Part shown: positions 31,224 through 41,222 of the stretch, piece by piece | How the letters are laid out: each line of letters starts with the position of its first letter | How positions within the stretch are numbered: the stretch's first letter is position 1 | Assembly (NCBI GenBank): GCA_002483445.1 | Contig: DLHY01000054.1 | Location: forward strand, 9,149-73,148 | Direction: 5' to 3' | DNA: 64,000 nt | Source of the DNA: Blastocatellia bacterium UBA7656 | Lineage (GTDB): Bacteria > Acidobacteriota > Blastocatellia > UBA7656 | Made by a program: the position numbers and the translations under genes | The notes under the pieces: generated by a model | Databases searched by the model: none | Told to the model about the DNA's origin: nothing | Seen by the model: only the letters and a program-made list of their open reading frames with translations

Positions 31224-31378
31224 AGTCGGTGGTCGGTGGTCAGTGGTCGGTTGCTGATTGCGATTCGAGGCTTCGCCTGTTCGAGCGGCGAATTTGCCTC
31301 GGTCATACCACACCTTTGAAGAACACTGTGACTTACAGGAAGAAACACTGACCCCTGACCGCTGATCCCTGATCCCTG
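31224..31378. repeat. inverted pair of GGTCGGT/GGTCAGT heptamer arrays (TGACC-core) in a divergent promoter region
   Basis: TCGGTGGTCGGTGGTCAGTGGTCGG at 31224-31251 and CTGACCCCTGACCGCTGATCCCTGATCCCTG at 31347-31378. Confidence 0.5.
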
Positions 31379-31477
31379 CCAGAGGGTGAACTCTTGACCT
31401 GAAATCGCTTCGTAGTAGAATTGCCAGCGTCTGCATTTGTTTCTCTAATCGCATGAGTCAATCGAGTCGGAGGCCGT

Positions 31478-31738
31478 ATGGCTGAGATCAAACTCTATAC
31501 GACAAACTGGAGCGCCGATTGTCTCAAGGCCAAACGTTTCCTCGACGATGAAGGTATTTTTTATGACGAAGTCGATATCGAGCATTCGCCCGAAGCCGCA
31601 AGAGTGGTGGAGAGCGCCAACGATGGTCGCCGGATAGTTCCAACCTTCGAAATAAACGGCACCCTGTTCAGTCTCAAACCGTTCGACTGGAAAAAACTTC
31701 AACTAGAACTCGAAAGGCTCGGCGTGGAAGAAGAGTGA
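31478..31738 (+). CDS. glutaredoxin-fold protein with atypical S-A-D-C active-site position
   Basis: Grx-like topology (IKLYTTNWSADCLKAKRFL...RIVPTFEINGTLF), with Ser where the first Cys of CPYC is expected. Confidence 0.6.
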   Translation: MAEIKLYTTNWSADCLKAKRFLDDEGIFYDEVDIEHSPEAARVVESANDGRRIVPTFEINGTLFSLKPFDWKKLQLELERLGVEEE

Positions 31739-31763
31739 TCGCTTCGCTCGCTCAGGTTAAGAG

Positions 31764-33116
31764 ATGTCACAACAAAGTTTCCTTCAATTGCTGATGCAGG
31801 ATCGTCGCCCGATGTCAGTCTCGGAACTGACAGCCGAGGTCAAAATGATGATCGAAGGCCAGTTCCTCGATGTATGGGTCGAAGGCGAAATTTCGAATTT
31901 CCGCCGTCACTCTTCGGGCCATTGGTACTTCACTCTCAAGGATGAAGGCGCTTATCTGCGCGCGGCCAGCTTCCGTATGCAGAATCGCCTCATCCGCTTC
32001 GCTCCCCAGGACGGCTTGCTCGTCCGTGCGCGCGGGCGATTGTCCGTTTACGAAGCGCGCGGCGAATATCAAATGCTTGTCGATTACCTCGAACCCGCGG
32101 GCGCAGGAGCATTGCAACTCGCCTTCGAAGAATTGAAGGCGAGGCTCGCCGCAGAAGGTCTTTTCGACTCAGAGAGAAAGCGGGCGTTGCCCCTGCTTCC
32201 GCGCCGCATCGGGGTTGTCACTTCTCCGACGGGCGCGGCTGTCCGCGACATACTTCGAGTGCTAAGGCGTCGCAACGAATCCATCAGCGTGCTTGTGGCC
32301 CCGGCGCGCGTTCAGGGAGAGGGCGCAGCGCGCGAAATCGCGGACGCTATCGGCGCTCTCAACTCTGAAGAAGATATCGACGTGATCATAGTCGGGCGCG
32401 GCGGAGGGTCGGCGGAAGACCTCTCCTGCTTCAATGACGAGATGGTTGCGCGAGCGATTTTCAATTCCCGCGTTCCCATACTTTCTGCCGTCGGCCACGA
32501 GACGGATTTCACTCTTGCCGATTTCGTCGCTGACCTCCGGGCCTCGACCCCATCGGCGGCGGCTGAAATGGTCGCAGTTGCCCGCGACGAAGCCCTTTCG
32601 CGCATAGACGGACTTTTCGAAGACATGACCCATGCAGTTCGCTATATTCTCATCGACAGACAAAACCGGCTCTCGGAGCTTGTTTCGAGTCGTGCCTTCG
32701 ATCAGGTGACGAGTCGCATTCACGCCTTCCGCCAGAGATTCGACTTCGCTGTTTACTCCATGGGATCGGCTGCCGCAAAGCGCATACGCGCGGATCGCTC
32801 GCGCGCGAATGTTGCGGCCATCGGTCTGCGCGAAACCGACATTCGCAGACAGTTGGCGGCGACACGCGGGCGATTGGCGGTTCTCTCCGCCCGTCTCAAT
32901 GGAGCCTGTCGCGCCGGACTTGGCCGCGAATCGGAGAGGTTCGCCGTCCTCGCAGGCAAACTCGCGGAACTCTCGCCGCTCGAAGTTCTCTCTCGCGGCT
33001 ACAGCATCGCCTTCGACGCCGAAGGGCGGATCGTAAAACGCGCAGACGACGTGAAAGCGGGCGAACGCATAAGGGTGCTGTTGAGCGAAGGCGAGATCGA
33101 TTGCACGCGGAATTAG
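31764..33116 (+). CDS. xseA: exodeoxyribonuclease VII large subunit
   Basis: OB-fold N-terminus (FLDVWVEGEISNFRRHSSGHWYFTLKD) and catalytic core (GGGSAEDLSCFNDE). Confidence 0.85.
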   Translation: MSQQSFLQLLMQDRRPMSVSELTAEVKMMIEGQFLDVWVEGEISNFRRHSSGHWYFTLKDEGAYLRAASFRMQNRLIRFAPQDGLLVRARGRLSVYEARGEYQMLVDYLEPAGAGALQLAFEELKARLAAEGLFDSERKRALPLLPRRIGVVTSPTGAAVRDILRVLRRRNESISVLVAPARVQGEGAAREIADAIGALNSEEDIDVIIVGRGGGSAEDLSCFNDEMVARAIFNSRVPILSAVGHETDFTLADFVADLRASTPSAAAEMVAVARDEALSRIDGLFEDMTHAVRYILIDRQNRLSELVSSRAFDQVTSRIHAFRQRFDFAVYSMGSAAAKRIRADRSRANVAAIGLRETDIRRQLAATRGRLAVLSARLNGACRAGLGRESERFAVLAGKLAELSPLEVLSRGYSIAFDAEGRIVKRADDVKAGERIRVLLSEGEIDCTRN

Positions 33117-33510
33117 GCTGTTGCCTTCGCCGCGCCGACATCGCAAAATACAATCGTATCCTCTGGAATCGTGGCCCAGGACGAGCTTGCGCATCTCCAG
33201 ATTTCGTATTTTCAGCGCGCGTCCGGCGCGGTATTTGTCAGGGGCGACGGGGTCGAGATAGTTGAAGCGTTTCTTTCATCTGTCGGGCTAGCGGCGTATT
33301 CATTTTATGATGAAGTACGATGCCGCGATAACTCTCAGGCGGCGAGCGAAAGAATACGACAGTACCTTGCAGAACCTGGCGTCTCACGTCCCGCCGCACG
33401 GGGAGTGACAGGAGAGATTTCTTTCACCCCGAATCGATCTGCCCGTTTGATTATGACTCGCATATCAGCGGGCAAAGCGATTCCGGCCTCACCCAATGGA
33501 GGAAAACGAA

Positions 33511-36500
33511 ATGTCGGCCCACCGTCGGGGACTGACTCTGCGCGCGACCTTGATTGCGCTCGCCCTGGGAGTGTCGCTCTATATCGCAGCGATCTCCGGC
33601 ATTATCGCTTACGAGATCGCTCCGGGCGCGACAGCCATCAGACAGCAGAGCGCGAAACTGCACGCGGAATTCGAGGCGAGCAGCGAGCGAGCCGCCGCGC
33701 TCAAGTCGGCCATCGCCGAAATCCGCAACCTGATGGCCCGCCTGGTCGCGTCGAAAGAGGTGGAATCTATCAGGGCGAAAATTCAGTCGCATGTCGACAG
33801 CGCGGGAGCGGCGCAAAATATCGGAGCGATGCCGGGCATACCGGGGGAGATGCGCATATCGCTCGGACGCGCAGCCGATGCCGAATCGCAACTGGCGGTC
33901 TTGCTCATCGAAGCTCTGGCCGATGTGGAAATCAATCGTCACGCGGAAGCTGAGACAAAACTCGTTCAGTGCGATTTTTTGCAGACGCTCATAGCCGGTC
34001 ATCTCAACGAAGCACAGCGATTCGGACTCCTTGACTTGATCCGGCGCGAAAAGTCTCTGGGCGAAGCTGCCGACGGCGCGATAAAGATGGTCGGATGGTG
34101 GGCAGCAATCGGAGCCGCGCTCATACCTGCATTCGCCTTATTCGTTCAGCATCGCTTCTATCGCCCGCTTGCCGAACTTGATCGTGGACTGGCCCGCGTG
34201 GCCGAAGGCGATATCGAAACGACGGTAGAGATTCACCGCGAGGACGAACTGGGTCGATTGAGCCGACATTTCAATCGAATGACCGACGTGCTGCGCCAGC
34301 GAGCGGAAGAAGAACGCCGCCGCGCGCACAGCGTCACTGAAAGATTCGGTCGCATACTCGATCAGTCCAGCAACGAGATTTACATATTCGACGCTGAAAC
34401 CTATCATTTCCTTCAGGTCAATCGCGGCGCTCGCGAAAACCTCGGCTACACAGGGGAAGAATTTTCCGGCCTCACTCCTTTGGATCTGATGCCCGAATTC
34501 GACCGCGCTTCTTTCGATGAGCTTGCCGCTTTGATGCGCGCGGGTCAGCGCGAGATGGCGATGATAACGACTATTCATCGTCGCAAGGACGGAACTACCT
34601 ATCCGGTCGAAGTCAATATTCAGATTTCCCGCCGTGAGACGCCCACCGTGATGGTGTCGATTGTTCGGGACATCACCGAGCGCAAGCAGATGGAAGAAGC
34701 CCTTCGCGAGAGCGAGGAGCAATTCCGTCTGGCAATCGATGCGGCTCAGATGGGAACGTGGGACTGGAATCTCGTCACCAACCACATACGCCGGACGGGG
34801 CGAGCTTACCAGTTGTTCGGCGTGACTCAGGAATTGCTGGGCGACACGTCCTCCACTTTTCTTGATCGGATTCACCCACAGGATCGCCAGCATGTGCGTC
34901 AGGCCATCAGGAGGGCGATTGATGATGGCACGCTCTACAGTGAAGAGTTTCGCGTGATGCTGCCCGACGGAAGCGTTCGCTGGCGGGCGGCGCAGGGAAC
35001 GACTTTTCGCGATGACGAGGGACGGGCCGCGCGGATGGTCGGCGTCGTGCTTGATATCACTGAGCGAAAGCGTATGGAAGAAGCTCTGCGCGACAGCGAA
35101 ACGATGTTCCGCACGCTGACCGAAACCATCACGATGGCCATCTACATTTATCGCGGAGATCGATATCTTTACGTCAACTCGGCGGCTGAAAAAATCACAG
35201 GCTACGGGCGCGATGAATTGATGAAGATGGATCTTCTGGCTTTGGCTTACGCCGAGGATAGAGATCGTATTATTGACTATGTGCGGAGGCGCCAGCGCGG
35301 CGAGGAGGTTCCGACCCGATACGAGACGAGGTTTTTAACCAAGACCCGCGCAGTGCGGTGGATCGACGTGACAATCGCGCAGATAGACTACAAAGGAGAG
35401 CCTGCTTATCTGGCTACGGCCTTTGACATCACCGAGCGCAAGCAGGCGGAGGCGGCGCTCAGGGAAAGTGAAGAGCGATTCTCGAAGGCGTTTCAGGCAA
35501 GCCCTCTGGCCATGAGCATATCTGCGATGGGCGACGGCTGCATCATTGCCGCCAATGAAAGCTTCCTTCGATTGTGTGACTACACCAGGCAGGAAATCAT
35601 AGGCCACACTGCCGAGGAGCTTCGGCTATGGATCGATCCCGACGAGCGCAAGGAGTTCATACGGCGAGCCATCGAGCAGGGAGAGGTCAGGGATATGGAG
35701 GCGGCGGTTCGCACCAGAGGAGGGGAAAATCTCGTGGTGTTGCTTTCAGGAGTGCTGATAGAACTTGGCGGCGAGCCGTGCGTGCTGTTCACGGCAATCG
35801 ACATAACTGAGCGCAAACGCGCCGAGCGGGCATTGCGGGAGAGCGAGTCGCGATTCCGCGCTCTGATCGAAAACAGCCTCGATGTGATCATAATGTTCGA
35901 CGCCGACGGGAAGGTACTCTACACAAGCCCTTCGGTCACGAGAGTCCTCGGCTATGACCCGGATGAACTGGTCGGACAGGTGGGCATCGGACAGGTTCAT
36001 CCTGACGAGAGGGAAAAATCCACTGACGTTTTTGCCGAAGCCCTCCAGAAAAAGCGATCTGTGGTGAAGCTGGTCAATCGCATTCTCCACAAAGACGGCT
36101 CTTATCGCACGGTTCAGGTCATAGGCACCAATCTGCTTGATGAGCCAGGTGTAAACGCTATGGTTTCCAACCTCCGCGACATCACCGAACAAGTCAGGGC
36201 TGAAGAAGAAGTCCTGAGACTCAACGAAGAGCTTGAACACAGGGTCGCGGAAAGAACTGCGCAACTCGAAGCGGTCAATCGCGAGCTTGAAGCCTTCAGC
36301 TATTCCGTCTCTCATGACCTGCGCGCCCCGCTTCGCAGCATAGACGGATTCAGCCTCGCGCTGATGGAAGACTGCGCCGACGAGTTGGGCGAGACAGGTC
36401 TCGATTATCTGGCCCGCGTGCGCGCTGCCAGCCAGCGCATGGGGCAGTTGATAGACGATCTGTTGAACCTCTCGCGGATAACCCGCTCTGATATGCACAG

Positions 36501-36942
36501 GGAGAGAGTCGACCTCAGCGCGCTTGCTCACAGTATAGCGATGGAGTTTCAATCTGCGGATCAGGCGCGCGAGGTGGAATTTTGGATCGCGCCCGATCTT
36601 ATGGCCGAAGCTGACCCGCGCCTGCTTCATGTCGCGCTTGAAAATCTGCTCGGCAACTCGTGGAAGTTCACTGAAAAGACCCGGCGCGCGATTATAGAAT
36701 TCGGCTCTGCGCGCGACGGTGACGAAACCTTATTCTTCGTGCGCGACAACGGAGCGGGTTTCGATATGGCTTACGCCGACAAACTTTTCGGCGCGTTTCA
36801 GCGACTGCATCCGATGACCGAATTCAAAGGAACAGGCATCGGATTGGCGACCGTCCAGCGCATCATCAACCGGCACGGCGGAAGAATCTGGGCCGAAGGC
36901 AGGATCGGCGAGGGATCGACGTTTTACTTTACGCTCTCGTAG
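33511..36942 (+). CDS. membrane sensor histidine kinase with HAMP and multiple PAS domains
   Basis: TM, HAMP, several PAS/PAC units each followed by DITERK, HisKA (SHDLRAPLR), HATPase_c; ATG at 33511 after GGAGGA. Confidence 0.8.
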   Translation: MSAHRRGLTLRATLIALALGVSLYIAAISGIIAYEIAPGATAIRQQSAKLHAEFEASSERAAALKSAIAEIRNLMARLVASKEVESIRAKIQSHVDSAGAAQNIGAMPGIPGEMRISLGRAADAESQLAVLLIEALADVEINRHAEAETKLVQCDFLQTLIAGHLNEAQRFGLLDLIRREKSLGEAADGAIKMVGWWAAIGAALIPAFALFVQHRFYRPLAELDRGLARVAEGDIETTVEIHREDELGRLSRHFNRMTDVLRQRAEEERRRAHSVTERFGRILDQSSNEIYIFDAETYHFLQVNRGARENLGYTGEEFSGLTPLDLMPEFDRASFDELAALMRAGQREMAMITTIHRRKDGTTYPVEVNIQISRRETPTVMVSIVRDITERKQMEEALRESEEQFRLAIDAAQMGTWDWNLVTNHIRRTGRAYQLFGVTQELLGDTSSTFLDRIHPQDRQHVRQAIRRAIDDGTLYSEEFRVMLPDGSVRWRAAQGTTFRDDEGRAARMVGVVLDITERKRMEEALRDSETMFRTLTETITMAIYIYRGDRYLYVNSAAEKITGYGRDELMKMDLLALAYAEDRDRIIDYVRRRQRGEEVPTRYETRFLTKTRAVRWIDVTIAQIDYKGEPAYLATAFDITERKQAEAALRESEERFSKAFQASPLAMSISAMGDGCIIAANESFLRLCDYTRQEIIGHTAEELRLWIDPDERKEFIRRAIEQGEVRDMEAAVRTRGGENLVVLLSGVLIELGGEPCVLFTAIDITERKRAERALRESESRFRALIENSLDVIIMFDADGKVLYTSPSVTRVLGYDPDELVGQVGIGQVHPDEREKSTDVFAEALQKKRSVVKLVNRILHKDGSYRTVQVIGTNLLDEPGVNAMVSNLRDITEQVRAEEEVLRLNEELEHRVAERTAQLEAVNRELEAFSYSVSHDLRAPLRSIDGFSLALMEDCADELGETGLDYLARVRAASQRMGQLIDDLLNLSRITRSDMHRERVDLSALAHSIAMEFQSADQAREVEFWIAPDLMAEADPRLLHVALENLLGNSWKFTEKTRRAIIEFGSARDGDETLFFVRDNGAGFDMAYADKLFGAFQRLHPMTEFKGTGIGLATVQRIINRHGGRIWAEGRIGEGSTFYFTLS

Positions 36943-37055
36943 GGAGTAGAATCTGGTCAATTCATAAGTAGTTCGATCGGGAATCATAAAGGTATCGTCA
37001 TAGTATCCTAAGTTCGGCCCCCTGAGCATCCATATCAGCAAGAGCGGAGAACCGC

Positions 37056-37502
37056 ATGGACAACAGGATAATTCTGCTTGTGGAAGACAACGCGGATGAC
37101 GAGGCCCTCACTCTTCGCGCGCTTCGCAAGAACAATATCGCAAACGAAGTGGCGGTGGTTCGCGATGGAGCCGAAGCTCTCGATTATCTCTTCTGCACAG
37201 GCGCATATTCAGCAAGAGACTACAGTGCGCCGGGCGTCATACTGCTCGATTTGAAACTCCCGAAAATCGATGGCCTTGAAGTGCTGCGTCGCCTGCGCGC
37301 CGACGAAAGAACGAGGCTCATCCCCGTAGTAATACTGACTTCTTCGCGCGAAGAACAGGATGTCGTCAACGGCTACAGCCTCGGAGCCAACAGCTATATC
37401 TGCAAGCCGGTCGGGTTCGAGAATTTCCTCGAAGCAGTCAAGCAACTCGGCATGTACTGGCTGCTGCTCAACGAACCGCCGCCGAGGGCGAGGAGCAAGT
37501 AG
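37056..37502 (+). CDS. stand-alone response-regulator receiver
   Basis: [10 protein letters not shown]...[13 protein letters not shown]...K receiver signature. Confidence 0.8.
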   Translation: MDNRIILLVEDNADDEALTLRALRKNNIANEVAVVRDGAEALDYLFCTGAYSARDYSAPGVILLDLKLPKIDGLEVLRRLRADERTRLIPVVILTSSREEQDVVNGYSLGANSYICKPVGFENFLEAVKQLGMYWLLLNEPPPRARSK

Positions 37503-40214
37503 ATGAGCAAGCCGTTCAAAGTTCTGCTCGTTGAAGACTCGGAAGACGACGCGCTGCTCATCCTTCGTATGCTCCGGCAGGGCGGGTATGAACCCCTCTT
37601 CGAGCGAGTCGACACGCCTGAATCGTTCATCAAGGCTATCGATGCCGAAGACTGGGACTGCATAATCGCCGATTACAGTATGCCGCGATTCAATGCCTTT
37701 GCCGCCCTCTCGCTCATCCGCGAGCGCAGTCTTGATCTTCCGTTCATCGTCGTGTCAGGCACGATTGGCGAAGAGACGGCTGTCGAGGCGATGAAAGCGG
37801 GCGCGCACGATTATCTGATGAAAGGCCAGCTCGCTCGTCTCGTACCGGCAATCGAGCGCGAGATGCGCGAGGCCGCAATCCGGCGTGAGCGCGAGCGGGC
37901 GGAGCGCGCGCTTCTGGAGAGCGAGCGAAGATTTCGCGCGCTCGTGGAAAACAGCACGGATGGAGTCTCGCTCATCGAACTCGATGGCACGTTGCTTTAC
38001 ACCGGGCCATCGACGAAACGCATACTCGGTTATGAAAGCGCGGAGATCATCGGTCTCAACATCTTCGATTTAATACACCCGGACAATGTGGAAAGGGCTA
38101 AAAGCCAGTTCATCGAAATGATCCGCGAGCCGAACAGAACGATAGACGGGCTGATCCGCATTCGCCATCGCGACGACTCGTGGCGGTGGATAGAGCATGT
38201 GAGCAAGAATCTCGTCAACGAGTCGAGCGTGCAGGCAGTGGTGTCGAATTATCGCGATGTGAGCGAGCGGAGGCTGGCCGAAGAAAGTCAGGCGCGGCTC
38301 GTAGCCATTCTCGAAGCGACTTCGGATTTCGTCGGAATTTCCGATCTCAGCAGCCGGGTGCTTTATCTCAATCATGCCGGCAGGAGGATGATGGGCATCG
38401 GCGATGATGAAGATATTTCAAGCACCTTCGTCAGCGACTATCACCCTGAGTGGGCTGCGCGGATCATTCTCGAAGAAGGCATACCGGCAGCGATCAGCGA
38501 AGGCACCTGGAGCGGAGAGACGGCTGTGCGAAGCCGCGACGGAGGCGAGATTCCTGTCTCACAACTCATCCTTGCGCACGAAGCGCCGGACGGAGGCGCT
38601 GGATTCCTTTCGACCATAGCCCGCGATATCACCGAGCGCAAACGGGCGGAAGAAGCGCTCAGGCTTTCGGAAAAAAAATACCGCGACATTTTTGAATTCG
38701 CTCCCATCGGCATATTTCAATCCACGCCCCGTGGCCGCTTCATCGCAGCCAACGCAGCCCTGACCCGAATTCTGGGCTATGACTCGCCCGAAGAACTGAT
38801 GCAGATCAACACTGCAGACATTTATTTCGACCCGGAGCAGCGCGCGGCGATCATAGACGAGTATGACGAAGTCGGACACGCCCTCGACCTTGAGCTTTTG
38901 TGGAAGAAAAAAAACGGCTCTCCGGTCTGGGTTCAACTCAGCGCTTTCGCGGTTAAAGACGAACGGGGAAAGACGATTCGCTATGAGAGTTTCGTCCGCG
39001 ATATAACCGAGCGCAAGCATACAGAGGAGGCTCTGCAACGCGCCGAAGAACAGCTTCGCCAGTCGCAGAAGATGGAAGCGGTCGGTCGACTTGCAGGCGG
39101 TGTGGCGCATGATTTCAACAACCTGCTGACGGCCATCATGGGCTGCGCGGAGTTGATATGGGTGCAGATCAATTCGAACGACCCGCTGCGCCCGACGGTC
39201 GAGGAAATAATCAAGGCCGGAGAGCGAGCCGCCGCGCTCACATCTCAGCTTCTCGCCTTCAGTCGCAAACAGATGCTCCAGCCCAGAGTGCTCGATCTCA
39301 ACTCGGTGGTGACGAATCTTGAAAAGATGCTGTGGCGGCTCATAGGCGAAGACATCGAGCTTGTCACCGTGCTTGCGCCCGACCTGGGGCGAGTCAAGGC
39401 CGACCCCAGCCAGATAGAGCAGGTCATACTCAACCTCATAGTCAATTCGCGCGACGCGATGCCCGACGGCGGAAAGGTGATCATCGAAACGTCCAACGTC
39501 AATCTCGGCGATGTGAGCGGACACCCCGACACCCGCCCCGGCCCTTACGCGATGATGGCCGTAAGCGACACCGGAGCCGGTATGGACGCCGAGACGCGCC
39601 TGCGCATATTCGAGCCTTTCTTCACCACGAAAGAAACAGGTCAGGGGACGGGACTCGGGCTTTCGACCGTCTACGGAATCATCAAGCAGAGCGGCGGCGA
39701 CATCAGCGTCTACAGCGAGGCGGGCGCTGGCACGACTTTCAAGATATATCTGCCGCGAGTGGAAGAAGCGGCGGGAACAGAACGCAGGTCGGGAGAAAGA
39801 ATTTCGAAATTTGCCAGTATGCCCAGAGGTTCGGAAACCGTACTCGTTGTCGAAGATGATCAGACTGTCCGCAAGCTGGCATGTCAGGCATTGAGATTGA
39901 GCGGCTATCACGTGCTTGAGGCGGCCAACGCGGGCGAGGCTTTGCTTATATGCGAGCGACAGGACGGCGTGATTCACCTCATGCTGGCCGATGTGATAAT
40001 GCCTCAGATGAGCGGTCGCGAGCTTGCCGTAAGACTCGCTCCCGTGCGGCCTGAAATGAAGACGCTTTTCATGTCGGGCTACACCGACAACGCTGTTTTT
40101 TTGCAGGGCGGATTGGAGGAAGGCGTGGCTTTCATTCAAAAGCCTTTCACGCCCAACTCGCTTTCACGCAAAGTGCGCAATGTCCTCGATGGAACCGAAG
40201 AAGAATGGAATTGA
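37503..40214 (+). CDS. hybrid sensor histidine kinase (REC, multiple PAS, HisKA, HATPase, REC)
   Basis: N-terminal receiver, PAS units (DITERK repeats), HisKA (VAHDFNNLL), HATPase (DTGAGMD...GTGLGL), C-terminal receiver. Confidence 0.85.
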   Translation: MSKPFKVLLVEDSEDDALLILRMLRQGGYEPLFERVDTPESFIKAIDAEDWDCIIADYSMPRFNAFAALSLIRERSLDLPFIVVSGTIGEETAVEAMKAGAHDYLMKGQLARLVPAIEREMREAAIRRERERAERALLESERRFRALVENSTDGVSLIELDGTLLYTGPSTKRILGYESAEIIGLNIFDLIHPDNVERAKSQFIEMIREPNRTIDGLIRIRHRDDSWRWIEHVSKNLVNESSVQAVVSNYRDVSERRLAEESQARLVAILEATSDFVGISDLSSRVLYLNHAGRRMMGIGDDEDISSTFVSDYHPEWAARIILEEGIPAAISEGTWSGETAVRSRDGGEIPVSQLILAHEAPDGGAGFLSTIARDITERKRAEEALRLSEKKYRDIFEFAPIGIFQSTPRGRFIAANAALTRILGYDSPEELMQINTADIYFDPEQRAAIIDEYDEVGHALDLELLWKKKNGSPVWVQLSAFAVKDERGKTIRYESFVRDITERKHTEEALQRAEEQLRQSQKMEAVGRLAGGVAHDFNNLLTAIMGCAELIWVQINSNDPLRPTVEEIIKAGERAAALTSQLLAFSRKQMLQPRVLDLNSVVTNLEKMLWRLIGEDIELVTVLAPDLGRVKADPSQIEQVILNLIVNSRDAMPDGGKVIIETSNVNLGDVSGHPDTRPGPYAMMAVSDTGAGMDAETRLRIFEPFFTTKETGQGTGLGLSTVYGIIKQSGGDISVYSEAGAGTTFKIYLPRVEEAAGTERRSGERISKFASMPRGSETVLVVEDDQTVRKLACQALRLSGYHVLEAANAGEALLICERQDGVIHLMLADVIMPQMSGRELAVRLAPVRPEMKTLFMSGYTDNAVFLQGGLEEGVAFIQKPFTPNSLSRKVRNVLDGTEEEWN

Positions 40215-40223
40215 ATAAAATAT

Positions 40224-40595
40224 TCAACCGCTTCGCTCATCGAAAATTTCGTCTTCGTGAGAGAACGCGGGACCGCACACCAGCACGATTCGCATCGCTT
40301 CCGCTCCCGTATTTTCAAGCGTGTGGCTGGACCCAGGCGGAATGTAGACGGCATCGCCTGCCCTGACTTCCCGCCGCTCATCGCCTACAGTCATCACTCC
40401 CTCGCCCCATAAAATATAGTAAATCTCTTCCGTCCGGCGATGATGATGCGGAGTGACCGCGCTTCCTGGAGGAAGCGATTCTTCGGCGAGACTGCAAAGG
40501 CTGGCAGGCGAAGTGGTTCGGTCGATGAGCGGGCGTATCTCAGACCCGTGACGAGTGATGATTGGGCGCGAGCGGTCTCGATTGATGACGATCAT
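40224..40595 (-). CDS. cupin-domain protein
   Basis: Cupin_2 motifs (HHHRRTEEIYYILWGEG...GDAVYIPPGSSHTLEN); start at internal Met MIVIN. Confidence 0.6.
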   Translation of the reverse strand: MIVINRDRSRPIITRHGSEIRPLIDRTTSPASLCSLAEESLPPGSAVTPHHHRRTEEIYYILWGEGVMTVGDERREVRAGDAVYIPPGSSHTLENTGAEAMRIVLVCGPAFSHEDEIFDERSG

Positions 40596-40603
40596 TAGTT
40601 TTA

Positions 40604-41053
40604 TGGCTTGTGCTGTTTTTTCTGTTCGATCTGGCCCGCAGCCTGAAGCCATAAGGCCCAGCCGCCGCGCAGAGCGCGCACTTTTTTGTAGCCGTTTTTT
40701 GTGAGTGTCAGCGCCGCACGGGCGCTCGTGTTCTCGCTCGGTCAGGCGCAGTAGGTGATAACTTCGCGATTGCGCGGAATCTGTTTGAGATGCGCCTCGA
40801 TTTGATCGTAGGGGATTTCGAGCGCGCCCGTGATTTTTTCTTCGTAGGTGTCGTGGTGGCGAACGTCGATTATAGTGACAGGCTTCTTTCTGGCGACCAT
40901 CAGTATAAGCTCGTCTACGGAAACTCGCTCGACCTTATCAAGCTCTGCTTCGTCCTGACTGATTGATCTGATGGATCGGGTGGCCGAAGCCGACGAGGAG
41001 AAGATAAACAAAATCAGCGATGCGACGAGCAATGGGCGTGATTTCAAATTCAT
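40604..41053 (-). pseudogene. periplasmic single-domain rhodanese interrupted by an in-frame TGA (pseudogene or recoding)
   Basis: Signal peptide plus rhodanese N-half up to ...VITYCA. In-frame TGA at 40742-40744 (complement). The same frame then continues with the rhodanese C-half ...SARAALTLTKNGYKKVRALRGGWALWLQAAG to a TAA. Confidence 0.5.
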
Positions 41054-41222
41054 TTTTTCACCTTCGGATTTCGAATCAAGTGGAACTCCATTTTGCCATG
41101 CGCGTTGAGTAGATTGCCATACAGGTTTGGCTTGATATGGGGCCGGGAAAAGAATTATGATGGCGACCACGCCAAGCCCCACCCGCTGCGTGGAAGAAAA
41201 AACACCGGGGAGTTGAATGAAG

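Noticed and set aside
33117-33510. Possible xseB small-subunit gene downstream of xseA
   Set aside because: No frame encodes an XseB-like ~80-aa helical protein. Track ORF 33171-33953 overlaps the kinase gene and is Arg/Gly-rich.
38559-40139. 526-aa ORF on the minus strand
   Set aside because: Lies entirely antisense to the well-supported hybrid histidine kinase and has no recognisable domains. It is a long GC-rich antisense frame, not a gene. The same applies to 13161-14048, 25325-26230, 34138-34893, 35746-36630, 32262-33194 and 29846-30691.
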